Below, one piece after another: positions 29,755 to 39,285 of a stretch of 64,000 nucleotides of DNA (the first letter of the stretch is position 1; each line of letters starts with the position of its first letter). The position numbers and the translations under genes were made by a program. The notes under the pieces were generated by a model that saw nothing but the letters and a program-made list of their open reading frames with translations, was not told the origin of the DNA and searched no databases. The DNA lies in the NCBI GenBank assembly GCA_944392795.1, contig CALXXX010000019.1, forward strand, positions 15,916 through 79,915. The letters are read 5' to 3'. This stretch comes from an uncultured Alphaproteobacteria bacterium (GTDB lineage Bacteria; Pseudomonadota; Alphaproteobacteria; CAAHEQ01; UBA3637).

Positions 29755-30609
29755 TTACTTTTTGATTAAATTTTCAGAAAAATCAGCAGCTTCTAAGGTT
29801 ATATCAGGCTGCATTTGATGTCTAAACCATGTCGATTGTCGTTTAGCATAATTGCGGGTCATTTGTTGAGCGTGTTCAATCGCTTTGCTTTCAGATAAAG
29901 AACCTTCCAGAACTTGTGTTAATTCGGCTACGCCGATAGCTTGAAACACACCGCCGGTTTTGTTTGGATTTTTATTTAACAACTCGGCGACTTGTTGTAA
30001 GGCGCCTGCGGCCATCATCTGTGTGAAACGGTAATTACATTGTATATACAGTTTTTCTCTTGGGGGAAGAATGAGAAAGGTGTAAAAATCTCCTGAAATC
30101 AATGGCTTTGATGGAATTGATTGCCATTCGAATATTGTTTTTCCTGTTGTTAGTTCAACTTCTAAGGCACGACGCAATCGTTGTGGGTCTGAAAAACGTT
30201 TATCTCTGACTTTCGCTTGCACCTCATCAATAGGCATTTGACGAACGGAACGGCGAATTTCTTCAGGAATGTCGGGAAGAGAAGTTAAACCTTTCGTCAG
30301 AGCCTTGATATAAAGTCCTGTTCCTCCAACAAAAATAGGCGTTTCAATGTCTGAAATAATTTGTTTGACTTTTTCCAGCCATAAGGCGACGGAACTTTTT
30401 TGAAAAGCATTTAAAAAACCATAGAGTAAATGAGGAATATTCTCTTGCTCTTCTGGCGTGGGGCGAGCCGTTAAAATGGGAACGTCTTCATAGACTTGTA
30501 AAGAATCTGCATTGATGATTGTCCCGTTGACGGCTTTGGCTAAACGGAGACTGAAAGCAGATTTACCGGAAGCGGTTGGTCCGGCGACCACATACATTTT
30601 TCTTTTCAT
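29755..30609 (-). CDS. miaA: tRNA dimethylallyltransferase
   Basis: P-loop GPTASGKS and an IPT-family core. Confidence 0.9.
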   Translation of the reverse strand: MKRKMYVVAGPTASGKSAFSLRLAKAVNGTIINADSLQVYEDVPILTARPTPEEQENIPHLLYGFLNAFQKSSVALWLEKVKQIISDIETPIFVGGTGLYIKALTKGLTSLPDIPEEIRRSVRQMPIDEVQAKVRDKRFSDPQRLRRALEVELTTGKTIFEWQSIPSKPLISGDFYTFLILPPREKLYIQCNYRFTQMMAAGALQQVAELLNKNPNKTGGVFQAIGVAELTQVLEGSLSESKAIEHAQQMTRNYAKRQSTWFRHQMQPDITLEAADFSENLIKK

Positions 30610-30668
30610 GATGTTATTTTATGTTCTTTTTATTTAAAAAATCATTAAAATGAATTATACTCATCGAT

Positions 30669-31415
30669 ATGACAGATAGATATGCTTTTAGATATGTTGA
30701 AACAACTGTTCAGTCGTCTTGGCGGAACAGCTTTTGGGCTGAGGGGAAAAACCTTTTGGATGACGTGTCCGCACGATTTAAGGGGGAAAAAGTTATTTTC
30801 AAAGATATATCCGCACCGGCCCTTTACTGGGGTGTTTTAACGCCTGTCTGCGAAGAAAAACCAGCCTTTGAACTGGTTGATAGCTATGGTGCCGATGCGG
30901 TTCGATTAGCAATGCTTCAACCGGGAGGTCTGTCCGAACAGACATTGACGGGAGCTTGGCGACTGATGAACGCATTATGGTTGGGGCTTCGGGATAAAAC
31001 AGAAATGGTTTCTGATTGGAATGATAAGGAATTGGTTCCGGCTTTGCATGCTTTACAGAAAGAGGACTTTTCTGATTTGTTGATACACCTAAAAAGTCTT
31101 TTTCACAAAGGTCCAAGAGCATCTTTGCTTCCGTTATTATATCCGTTTATACCACACTTAATAACGCATTTGATTCCGGATATACAGGCACATATGCATG
31201 CTTTTTCTCAAAAATGGAAAACTCAATGTTTGCCGCCCGTCTTATTTATTGAAGTAAACGGAGAACGTCTGGCTGATTTTGTGCCGAATAGTTTAGAAAA
31301 CGAGGAAATAAAAAAAGAAGCCTTGTCTTTTCCAGTCGTTCAACATAAAATAAGTGGACGTCCAGTACGTGATGTTAAAATAATACCGTTAAAGGGAGTG
31401 AATTTTGTCGTTTAA
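30669..31415 (+). pseudogene. leuS: leucyl-tRNA synthetase 3' remnant (about 250 codons, post-KMSKS / anticodon-binding / C-terminal domain only)
   Basis: ..SYGADAVRLAML.. matches the conserved YGAD(T/A)(V/L)RL motif that follows KMSKS in class-I LeuRS. The C-terminal ..VNGE.......V........E.......V.......GR.V..V..IP.K.VN.VV matches the LeuRS C-terminus. The catalytic domain is absent. Position upstream of lptE-holA is the canonical leuS locus. Confidence 0.6.
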
Positions 31416-31914
31416 GTCTGTTATATGTGTTTGTTTGTTGGTTCTAACGGCAGCTTGTGGATGGACGCCGGTATATATGAAAAATAAACAAGATATTTCC
31501 GTTCTGAATGAAACGGCTCAAATTCGTGTCGCAAAGGTGCCTGAAGAAACAGGACGTATTTTGGTGCGAACATTAAAAAATGCGTTAAATCCGAATAATC
31601 AAGATGTTTCTAAAAAATATGAGTTGCAAATTAACTTATCTGAAACATTAAACACCGATCAAGGAATTCTAGGAGATAACACGGCGACACGAGCGACTAT
31701 GCAGTTAACTGCTAAATATAAGTTAGTCGAGTTAGAGACGAATCGTGTTCTTTTATCAGATTCGGCATATACAATCTCAAGCTATAATATTTTGACGGCG
31801 CCTTATGCAACTTTAACGGCTGAGCAAACAACGCGTCGACGCTTGGCAGAGCTTTTGGGTGATGCTATTGCTCTTAGAATGGCCAGTTATTTCAAAGGAA
31901 AGAGCTTGCCATGA
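31405..31914 (+). CDS. lptE: LPS-assembly lipoprotein LptE
   Basis: Lipobox LTAACGW. Size about 170 aa. Conserved position between leuS and holA. Confidence 0.7.
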   Translation: MSFKSVICVCLLVLTAACGWTPVYMKNKQDISVLNETAQIRVAKVPEETGRILVRTLKNALNPNNQDVSKKYELQINLSETLNTDQGILGDNTATRATMQLTAKYKLVELETNRVLLSDSAYTISSYNILTAPYATLTAEQTTRRRLAELLGDAIALRMASYFKGKSLP

Positions 31915-32945
31915 AAGTGAAGGCTGGGCAACTGAAAGCATTGGCTCCTGAGATTAGTTCTTCTTTTAAAGCTTTCCTGATTTATGGAACAGATGTCGGC
32001 GCTATTGATGAAACGGCTGCTCGTATTCAAAAAATGTTATCGGATAAAAAGCCGTTGGCGGTGACAGAATTGACTGTTGAGCGATTGCGAGAAACGCCAA
32101 CTTTATTTTGGGATGAAGTTGGTGCATTATCTATGTTTGGCGATCGTCATCTTATTCGAATGAAAAATCCGACGGATACTTTTGCCAAGGAGTTGGAAAC
32201 ATATTTATCGTCAGATACGGGAGATGTATTTGTTTTAATCACCGCAGATAATTTGAATACAAAATCAGCTTTAGTTAAATTATGTGATAGCGCTGTTGGT
32301 GTCGGTGCTTTAGGTTGTTATCCGCAGGAAGAAAGTGATATTCGTGCAACGATTTCTGGAATTTTATCAGAGAATGGTTTTGTGATTGCACCAGAAGCAT
32401 TAACTTTTTTGTCTCAGAATTTAGGAGCGGACAAAGGTATTACTTTATCGGAAATAGATAAGTTAATGCTTTATATGGGAGATGAAAAACAAGTGAGCTT
32501 AGCCGATGCTGAAGCAGTGATTGGAAATGGTTCTGCAGTTTCTATGGATGATTTAATGATGCATGTTTTATCTGGGCAAGCTTCTTTAGCACAGAAGGAT
32601 TTTGATTTATTGCAACAAGAAGGAGTTGCAGCAGCACAGATAACGCGCGCTTTTGTTTTAAAGATAAATCAACTGCTTTTGGTTTTGTCGAAGATGAAAA
32701 AAGGAGAGCCGGTCGATACAGCTATTCGTGGGACGCCGCCGTTTATTCCTTTTAAGTATAGCTCATTGTGGAAACGTATTGTCTTAAGTTGGCCTGAAAG
32801 TTATACCATGGATGCTTTGAATATTATGTTGACAGCGGAGAAAGAGACTAAGATAGGTTTACCGGCAGATTTGATATGCAATCGGGCCTTAACGAGCTTA
32901 ACAGCCGCTGGGAAAAAATTTTTAATGGGCAAAGATCGGAAATGA
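31911..32945 (+). CDS. holA: DNA polymerase III subunit delta
   Basis: Length and AAA-lid-like organisation. Conserved leuS-lptE-holA synteny. Confidence 0.8.
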   Translation: MKVKAGQLKALAPEISSSFKAFLIYGTDVGAIDETAARIQKMLSDKKPLAVTELTVERLRETPTLFWDEVGALSMFGDRHLIRMKNPTDTFAKELETYLSSDTGDVFVLITADNLNTKSALVKLCDSAVGVGALGCYPQEESDIRATISGILSENGFVIAPEALTFLSQNLGADKGITLSEIDKLMLYMGDEKQVSLADAEAVIGNGSAVSMDDLMMHVLSGQASLAQKDFDLLQQEGVAAAQITRAFVLKINQLLLVLSKMKKGEPVDTAIRGTPPFIPFKYSSLWKRIVLSWPESYTMDALNIMLTAEKETKIGLPADLICNRALTSLTAAGKKFLMGKDRK

Positions 32946-32950
32946 TTGAA

Positions 32951-32978
32951 AAAAAACGCCCCGACCGGAGCGTTTTCA
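32951..32978. terminator. putative bidirectional terminator between holA and rpmJ
   Basis: A7, then ACGC..GCGT stem with an internal CCGG, then T4. Weaker than the other terminators. Confidence 0.35.
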
Positions 32979-32994
32979 TCTTAACAATCGCGTT

Positions 32995-33135
32995 TATTTT
33001 TTGGTCGGTTTACCCTGACGCGCTTTATAACGCGGATTTACTTTGTTAATAATAAAGACACGCCCTTTTCTTTTAACGATTTTGTTATTTTTGTCGCGTT
33101 TAAAAGCCGCCTTTAAAGAGTTAACGATTTTCATA
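32995..33135 (-). CDS. rpmJ: 50S ribosomal protein L36 (Cys-less, YkgO-type)
   Basis: Not in the ORF track because it is below the length cutoff. Reverse-strand translation gives [46 protein letters not shown], matching the L36 pattern MK(V/I).(N/S)SLK.......(C/N).(I/V)(V/I)(K/R)R.GR(V/L)(Y/F)(V/I)I(N/C)K.NP..K(A/Q)RQG. Confidence 0.8.
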
Positions 33136-33212
33136 ATACCACCTTACTTCATTTTATCGGAAACTTGAGAGGGTAAAATACAGGATTTTAAAATACTTGT
33201 CAACAAGAATCT

Positions 33213-34199
33213 TTATTTATCAAAAAAACCGACGACTTCAATGTGTTTTGAATAAATAAATTGATCAATGGGAATGACTTTTTGCAGCATCCATCCGCCG
33301 GCAGTTAAAAGAGCTGCATCACGTGCAAAAGTTTGAGGATTACAGGAAACCATTATAATGCGTTTCAAATCAAGGTCTGCCAATATTTGACATTGTGCTT
33401 CAGCACCAGCACGAGGCGGATCCAAAACAACAGCCTCTACATTTGAGAACTCATGCGATGTTAACGGATTACGGAATAAATCTCGTTTTTCGGCAGGTAT
33501 GTTTTGCTGCTGGAGTGCAGCAATCGATTCGTCAGTAGAATCATACCCTTTAACGATAAAACCAGCCTGATGCAACGGTCGTGTAAAAGTTCCTTGTCCA
33601 CAAAACAAATCTAAGACATGTGAACAGCCGTTAACGCCTTTTAACACAAGCTTGACTAGAGTTTCTTCTCCAATTTGAGACGGTTGTAGAAAAACATCTG
33701 GAGGAAAAGGCAGTGTATGGATCTGATAAATCAGTTCATCGTGATAATGAAAACGCACAATGGAATTATTTTGGCAGAAAGTTGTGAGTGCTTCTAACTT
33801 TGCAAGAGGAAGTTTATGTTCTTTGTCTTTCCAAACAATATCGATCCCCCAGTCAGTGTCTGTGACGGCAATATCTCCTGAAGAATGCAACGCTTTAACA
33901 AGTTCTCTGAGTGATGGTATTAGTTTTTCCAAAGAGGGTGTCAGAACTAAGCAGGAAGTAATAGGGATAATTGTGTGGCTTTTAAAGGCGTTAAATCCCA
34001 ATACTCCATTTTTCATAGCAAAAGTTGCGCGCCGACGTGTTCCTGACGGAAGAGCGATGACATCATCGACTGGCGGTGTTAAATCTCGATGTCGTAAAGC
34101 CTCTATAACGACATTCTTTTTCATTATAAGATAATCAGATGGTTGTAAGTCTTGAAATAAACATCCGCCACATTTGCCAAAAAAAGGACATTGTCTCAT
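33213..34199 (-). CDS. class I SAM-dependent RNA (uracil-5-)-methyltransferase family protein (RlmD/TrmA-like, no TRAM domain)
   Basis: N-terminal Cys cluster CPFFGKCGGC. SAM fold motif DLFCGQGTF. Catalytic ..DPPRAG. and the C-terminal nucleophile region. Confidence 0.75.
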   Translation of the reverse strand: MRQCPFFGKCGGCLFQDLQPSDYLIMKKNVVIEALRHRDLTPPVDDVIALPSGTRRRATFAMKNGVLGFNAFKSHTIIPITSCLVLTPSLEKLIPSLRELVKALHSSGDIAVTDTDWGIDIVWKDKEHKLPLAKLEALTTFCQNNSIVRFHYHDELIYQIHTLPFPPDVFLQPSQIGEETLVKLVLKGVNGCSHVLDLFCGQGTFTRPLHQAGFIVKGYDSTDESIAALQQQNIPAEKRDLFRNPLTSHEFSNVEAVVLDPPRAGAEAQCQILADLDLKRIIMVSCNPQTFARDAALLTAGGWMLQKVIPIDQFIYSKHIEVVGFFDK

Positions 34200-34930
34200 T
34201 TATCGCTCCGAGTTTTGGCCGCAATCATACCGGCAAAGTACATGAAGAAAAAGAATAAATAAACACGTACGATTAAATCAAAGATGAGCAATAGTAAATT
34301 TACAGACCAAAAAAGTGTGGATTGTCCTAAATCGACTAAAGAAAAAGAAATCCAATTTAAAAATTGTCCCCAATAGGAGAAAAATAAACTTAATACAACA
34401 GCAGCACCTGTAATATCTAGGACATGTAGCCAGTTTTTTTTGAAATATTCAAAAGTGTGCCGGAATGCTGGTAATTTATTTTCAGGAAGTCGTTGAATGA
34501 AAAGAAGGTTGTAAGGAGTAACAATTATCAGCAAGTAAGCCAGTAAAATAAAAGCAGCTAAATGAGGAGTCGTCATTGTAAAGGGAAGAATCAAGCAAAT
34601 TCCCAGAACGGTTAATCCGGCTTGACAAAAGAGGAAAGATAAACCGGTAGTAAAGAGCTTTTTAAAAGATATTGCTTGCCAGGGATTTTTTTTGCTTTCC
34701 ATAACATGAACAGAAAACATTAATCCATGTCCTATAAAGAAAACAAAAAGGAACAGAAAGATGAAAGAAGTTATCAATTGCTGAATGAATAAAGTTTCTA
34801 TTGAAAAATCACGGAAAAAGGCTCGAGAAAAAAGGAAAAAGAAGAAAGCATAAACAAAGAGCAAACAGGCCGTCCAAACGAGAATAGAACGTCCCCAAGT
34901 TTCTTTTAACATTTTTTTTAAAAAAGACAT
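34196..34930 (-). CDS. hypothetical polytopic membrane protein (Phe/Leu-rich)
   Basis: Start at ATG 34930, preceded by AGGAGG. 6-7 predicted TM helices. No family recognised. Confidence 0.5.
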   Translation of the reverse strand: MSFLKKMLKETWGRSILVWTACLLFVYAFFFFLFSRAFFRDFSIETLFIQQLITSFIFLFLFVFFIGHGLMFSVHVMESKKNPWQAISFKKLFTTGLSFLFCQAGLTVLGICLILPFTMTTPHLAAFILLAYLLIIVTPYNLLFIQRLPENKLPAFRHTFEYFKKNWLHVLDITGAAVVLSLFFSYWGQFLNWISFSLVDLGQSTLFWSVNLLLLIFDLIVRVYLFFFFMYFAGMIAAKTRSDK

Positions 34931-34940
34931 AGTTCCTCCT

Positions 34941-36077
34941 TTAAAGTTTATGAAAATAATTATCTTGCTCTTTGTTGTTGTGTGCATTTAAAAAGATATC
35001 ATATTGTTCTTCGATAGGAGCTAGACGCTCAGGATTGGAAGCTTTAACATCACTTTGAGGTGTTTTTTGTTTTTGATAGACAAAGCCTGTTTGAGCAAAT
35101 AAATGAGCGATTGTTGCAAAATAAGCGCTCCATAGGAAGAAAAAGAAAAATAAACCAAAAACATTTATCATCAGAGGAATGATTAAATCGTTTGACCACA
35201 TAGGTAGATAATGTGTTAATATCAGCCATAAAAACGCAAACGGGATTGTCGGCAGGAAAAACCATAATCTGGCCGGAGAAAATAAGACCATCATTAACAC
35301 GTAAGATACCATAAAAAAGAAGCAAACAGTTAAATTATCTGAATGTTTGAGAACCAGGATAATTAAAGTTTGTAATCCAGCAAAGATAAATGTCGTCAGG
35401 AAAGTCCAACCTAATAATTCGGCAAAGGTTCGTCTATTCTCAAAAACGGTCTTCAGATTAACCACATTTTTAAAAGCGAACCGTTGAGCAAATAAAGGAT
35501 AAGCATAGGCGAAATAAACTAAGACACCGATGGCGACACAAAGGAAAATCCATATTCCAAAGGGTTGTGGCAAAAAGTCGCCTGCAGCAGAGGAGGGGGG
35601 CGCCGTTAGAGTGAAAATACGTCTGACTTGTTCATCGAGTAAAGCATAAATTCCGGCGAGGACAGGAAAGCTGAAAAGTAGAGCTTTCCCAAGTAGTTTT
35701 AGGAAAAACAGGAAATGAATTGTCGGCGGATATTGAAACAAATCTCTTTTGGCTCTGGCGAAATAATAATTAAAGAAAATTAAATGTATTAAAGCCATAA
35801 AGAAAGACATTAAAACGACTATTTGCAAGAAAATGAAAATTAAATATGTGTTTTCTGAAATAATGACAAAAAAGCCGAAGATAAATTGTAATAAGGCTGT
35901 TTCGGAATCGAATGGTATAGAAATAAGATACCTGAATGCAGGAACTTTCATTAACACTCCCCAACTGATGGAAGCATTTAAGAAAAAGAAAATAATAAAC
36001 ACCCAAGTCATCCAAAAGCCGCCTTGAAAGGTGCGTTTATGAACTGCAAATTTTGCGGCATCATAAAATGAAAGCAT
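34941..36077 (-). CDS. hypothetical polytopic membrane protein (Phe/Leu-rich)
   Basis: Start at ATG 36077, preceded by GGAGG. About 10 TM helices. Tandem with the previous gene. Confidence 0.5.
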   Translation of the reverse strand: MLSFYDAAKFAVHKRTFQGGFWMTWVFIIFFFLNASISWGVLMKVPAFRYLISIPFDSETALLQFIFGFFVIISENTYLIFIFLQIVVLMSFFMALIHLIFFNYYFARAKRDLFQYPPTIHFLFFLKLLGKALLFSFPVLAGIYALLDEQVRRIFTLTAPPSSAAGDFLPQPFGIWIFLCVAIGVLVYFAYAYPLFAQRFAFKNVVNLKTVFENRRTFAELLGWTFLTTFIFAGLQTLIILVLKHSDNLTVCFFFMVSYVLMMVLFSPARLWFFLPTIPFAFLWLILTHYLPMWSNDLIIPLMINVFGLFFFFFLWSAYFATIAHLFAQTGFVYQKQKTPQSDVKASNPERLAPIEEQYDIFLNAHNNKEQDNYFHKL

Positions 36078-36256
36078 TTTTCCTCCGTTTTTTTTCGTAT
36101 CACTATACTTGTTTTTAGTCTTGTTTTCAACAAAATAACACATAAAGTCGGTTTTGCTTTGTTTAAAAAGATAAAAATCATGTTTCTTTCGTAATAAAAT
36201 ATTGACGAATGTGAGAAAAATGCTAGGATAGGAGGAAAAGAAAGGAATAGTGAAAA

Positions 36257-37741
36257 ATGACAACTGAAAATAGTAATTTAGCTGGTTTGGATCAACGTAC
36301 CATTCGGATAGAGAAGCTTAAAAAACTAGAAAATATGGGTATTAATGCGTACCCTCATATTTTTAATCCGGATTTTACATCTAAAGCTTTAAATGAAAAG
36401 TATGCAACATTGGCGAATGAAGAACAAACAGAAGATGAAGTGAAAGTTGCAGGGCGTATTCGTGCTATTCGTAATTCTGGTATGTTTATGGATTTATATG
36501 ACGATACCGGGAAAATCCAAATTTTTTCGTCTTTAGAGAACTTGCCACAAAGTGAAAAAGATGTGTTAGCATTGTTGGATTTGGGAGATATTATAGGTGT
36601 GACTGGGACTGTTCGCCGCACGAAACGGGGAGAGCTTTCTGTTGCAACAAAGCATTTAGATGTTTTGGCTAAGTCATTACAGGTTTTGCCGGAAAAATTC
36701 CACGGTTTACAAGATCAAGATACAAAATATCGTCAACGTTATTTAGATATGATGATCAATCCTGACACAACACGAACGTTGATTATGCGGAGCCAAATTA
36801 TTTCAGCTATTCGTGAATTTTTGAACGGATTAGGTTTTTTGGAAGTGGAAACGCCTATTTTGCATCCTATTTTGGGGGGAGCAAATGCGAAGCCTTTTAT
36901 TACACATCATAATACATTAGATATGGATTTATATTTGCGAATTGCTCCGGAATTGTATTTAAAAAGACTGATTATCGGTGGCTTGCCGGCCGTATATGAA
37001 ATTGGTCGTAATTTCCGCAACGAGGGAATGGATACGCGGCATAACCCGGAATTTACGATGATGGAATTATATTGGGTTTATAAAGACTATAATGATATGA
37101 TGGATTTGTTCGAACAAATTGTTCAGTATGCCGCTATGAAAGTGTTGGGAACAACAACAGTCTCTTTTGATGGAAAAACTTTCGAGTTGGGAGGACATTG
37201 GCCTCGTCGTTCGATGTTGGATTTGGTTAAAGAAGAAACAGGTATTGATTTTGATGCTTTTGAGACAAATGGAGAGGCCATTGAGGCTGCTAAAAAATTG
37301 CATGTAGAGGTTCCAGAAAATGCTTCTTGGGGACTTGTTGTCTCTACTGTTTTTGAAGAAAAATGCGAACATAAACTGATGGGACCGATTTTCGTTATTG
37401 ATCATCCTAAGGATATTTCACCGTTAACAAAAGAACACCGTGCTAATAAACGTTTGGTGGAACGGTTTGAGCCTTTTATCAATACTTGGGAGGTCGGTAA
37501 TGCTTATTCAGAACTTACCAACCCGCTGGACCAACGCGAGCGGCTGGAAGAGCAAGTCAAAGCCCGTGAAGCTGGCGATGATGAGGCAAATATGATGGAT
37601 GAAGATTTCGTCACGGCGTTGGAACATGGTATGCCGCCCACAGGGGGACTTGGCATGGGGATTGATCGGATTGTGATGATTTTAACCGGTTCTTTATCTA
37701 TTCGGGATGTTATCGCTTTCCCAACAATGCGTAAAAAATAA
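36257..37741 (+). CDS. lysS: lysyl-tRNA synthetase, class II
   Basis: OB anticodon-binding domain plus class-II motifs 1-3 (..FRNEG....HNPEFT..E.Y; GGLGMGIDR). Confidence 0.92.
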   Translation: MTTENSNLAGLDQRTIRIEKLKKLENMGINAYPHIFNPDFTSKALNEKYATLANEEQTEDEVKVAGRIRAIRNSGMFMDLYDDTGKIQIFSSLENLPQSEKDVLALLDLGDIIGVTGTVRRTKRGELSVATKHLDVLAKSLQVLPEKFHGLQDQDTKYRQRYLDMMINPDTTRTLIMRSQIISAIREFLNGLGFLEVETPILHPILGGANAKPFITHHNTLDMDLYLRIAPELYLKRLIIGGLPAVYEIGRNFRNEGMDTRHNPEFTMMELYWVYKDYNDMMDLFEQIVQYAAMKVLGTTTVSFDGKTFELGGHWPRRSMLDLVKEETGIDFDAFETNGEAIEAAKKLHVEVPENASWGLVVSTVFEEKCEHKLMGPIFVIDHPKDISPLTKEHRANKRLVERFEPFINTWEVGNAYSELTNPLDQRERLEEQVKAREAGDDEANMMDEDFVTALEHGMPPTGGLGMGIDRIVMILTGSLSIRDVIAFPTMRKK

Positions 37742-37752
37742 AGGAGAAACTC

Positions 37753-38121
37753 ATGGAAAAAACAAAATTCGACTTTAAAAAAGAAGCTAAGAAAGTCACT
37801 GATTTTTTAGCTCAGTTTAAGGATGTAAAAGAACCGATTTTAACATCTAAAATCGGCCCTATATTAAAAGCGCACATTGCAGTTGTTTACATGATTGGTT
37901 TAATCGTGTTAGCAATTTATGCTTTGGTTGCTTTATTTAGATTTCCAAATGTTTCTGCGATGTTAGGCGGATTTTTAAGTGTTTTTGTTGCTTTTGTCGT
38001 TTTCAGAATGCTCTGTGAAATTTTGGCGGGAGCTCCAGAAAAAAAATCTGAGCCAAAGGCTTTACCAGCTGTTGTTTCAAAAGCAAAAACAGCTTCTAAA
38101 TCAACGCCTAAGAAAAAATAA
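37753..38121 (+). CDS. small hypothetical membrane protein (2 TM, Lys-rich tail)
   Basis: 122-aa ORF immediately after lysS, followed by a strong terminator. Confidence 0.45.
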   Translation: MEKTKFDFKKEAKKVTDFLAQFKDVKEPILTSKIGPILKAHIAVVYMIGLIVLAIYALVALFRFPNVSAMLGGFLSVFVAFVVFRMLCEILAGAPEKKSEPKALPAVVSKAKTASKSTPKKK

Positions 38122-38144
38122 AATATACGTTGTTTAAAAGACAT

Positions 38145-38183
38145 CTCCTGCTCCTGTTAAGAACAGAAGCAGGAGTTTTTTTT
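38145..38183 (+). terminator. intrinsic terminator (CTCCTGCTCCTGTT-aag-AACAGAAGCAGGAG + T8)
   Basis: Long GC-rich stem with a T8 run. Confidence 0.7.
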
Positions 38184-38255
38184 GAAAATTTATTAAAAAA
38201 ACTTGACTGAGAGTATACTCTAAGTTTTATGCTTTAAAAAGCAAAGGAGGGAAAC

Positions 38256-39257
38256 ATGAAAAGACGTGATTTTTTAAAATTGACATCTAGCTTTCTTTTT
38301 TTAGGTTTGATAGGCAAAACTTTTGGTATAAAAAGTGCTGTTGCGGCGGCTGGTTCTGCTTCTGCAGAGCAAAAGTTGTCTGATACGGGAAAGGCAACGG
38401 TTTATTTTTCTAGAGACATTAGTCCGAAAAGTCTTGTAAAATTATATGATAAAATCAGTCAAAATATTGGTGGAAAAGTCGCTATTAAATGGCATTCAGG
38501 AGAGCCTCATGGTCCAAACATTATTCCACGTGAGATGGTAAAGGCGCTTCAAGAGCATATTCCTAATAGCACACTTGTAGAAACAAACACGCTTTATGTC
38601 GGAGAACGACAGACAACACAGCAACATAGAGAAACTTTAAAAACAAATGGATGGGATTTTTGTAAAGTGGATATTATGGATGAAGACGGAGCTGTGATGT
38701 TGCCGATTAAAAATGGTAAGCACTTTAAAGAAATGTCTGTTGGAAAACATATGTTGGATTATGATTCAATGGTCGTTTTGACGCATTTTAAGGGCCATGC
38801 GATGGGAGGCTTTGGCGGTTCTATGAAAAACATAGCTATTGGTTGTGCGGATGGTCCTATCGGCAAAAAAATGATACATGAAGCACCGGACGATCATGAT
38901 TATTCAAAATGGCGTTCAGGAGCTCGTTTTATGGAAAATATGGCGGATTCTGCAAAGGCAACGGTTGATTATTTTTCTCCACGCATTGTTTATATCAATG
39001 TTTTGCGCAATATGAGTGTCGATTGTGATTGTGCTGGAGTGGGAGCGGCGCCACCAAAAGCAAGAAATATCGGTATTCTAGCGTCAACTGATTTGTTAGC
39101 TGTTGATAAGGCCTCTATAGATTTAGTTTATCAATTACCAGAAAATGAATTGCATGATTTAAAAGAGCGGATTGAAAGTCGAGAGGGGTTACATCAATTA
39201 ACGGCTATGAAAGAGTTGGGGTTAGGAACTGATGTGTATGAATTAGTCGAAGTCTGA
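38256..39257 (+). CDS. TAT-exported DUF362 domain protein
   Basis: Twin-arginine motif RRDFLKL followed by a hydrophobic region and AxA. The core resembles DUF362 (PF04015-like), with conserved Cys in ..NVLRNMSVDCDCAGVGA. Confidence 0.65.
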   Translation: MKRRDFLKLTSSFLFLGLIGKTFGIKSAVAAAGSASAEQKLSDTGKATVYFSRDISPKSLVKLYDKISQNIGGKVAIKWHSGEPHGPNIIPREMVKALQEHIPNSTLVETNTLYVGERQTTQQHRETLKTNGWDFCKVDIMDEDGAVMLPIKNGKHFKEMSVGKHMLDYDSMVVLTHFKGHAMGGFGGSMKNIAIGCADGPIGKKMIHEAPDDHDYSKWRSGARFMENMADSAKATVDYFSPRIVYINVLRNMSVDCDCAGVGAAPPKARNIGILASTDLLAVDKASIDLVYQLPENELHDLKERIESREGLHQLTAMKELGLGTDVYELVEV

Positions 39258-39285
39258 CATTCTTTATGAGGGAAAGAGAAAAAAG

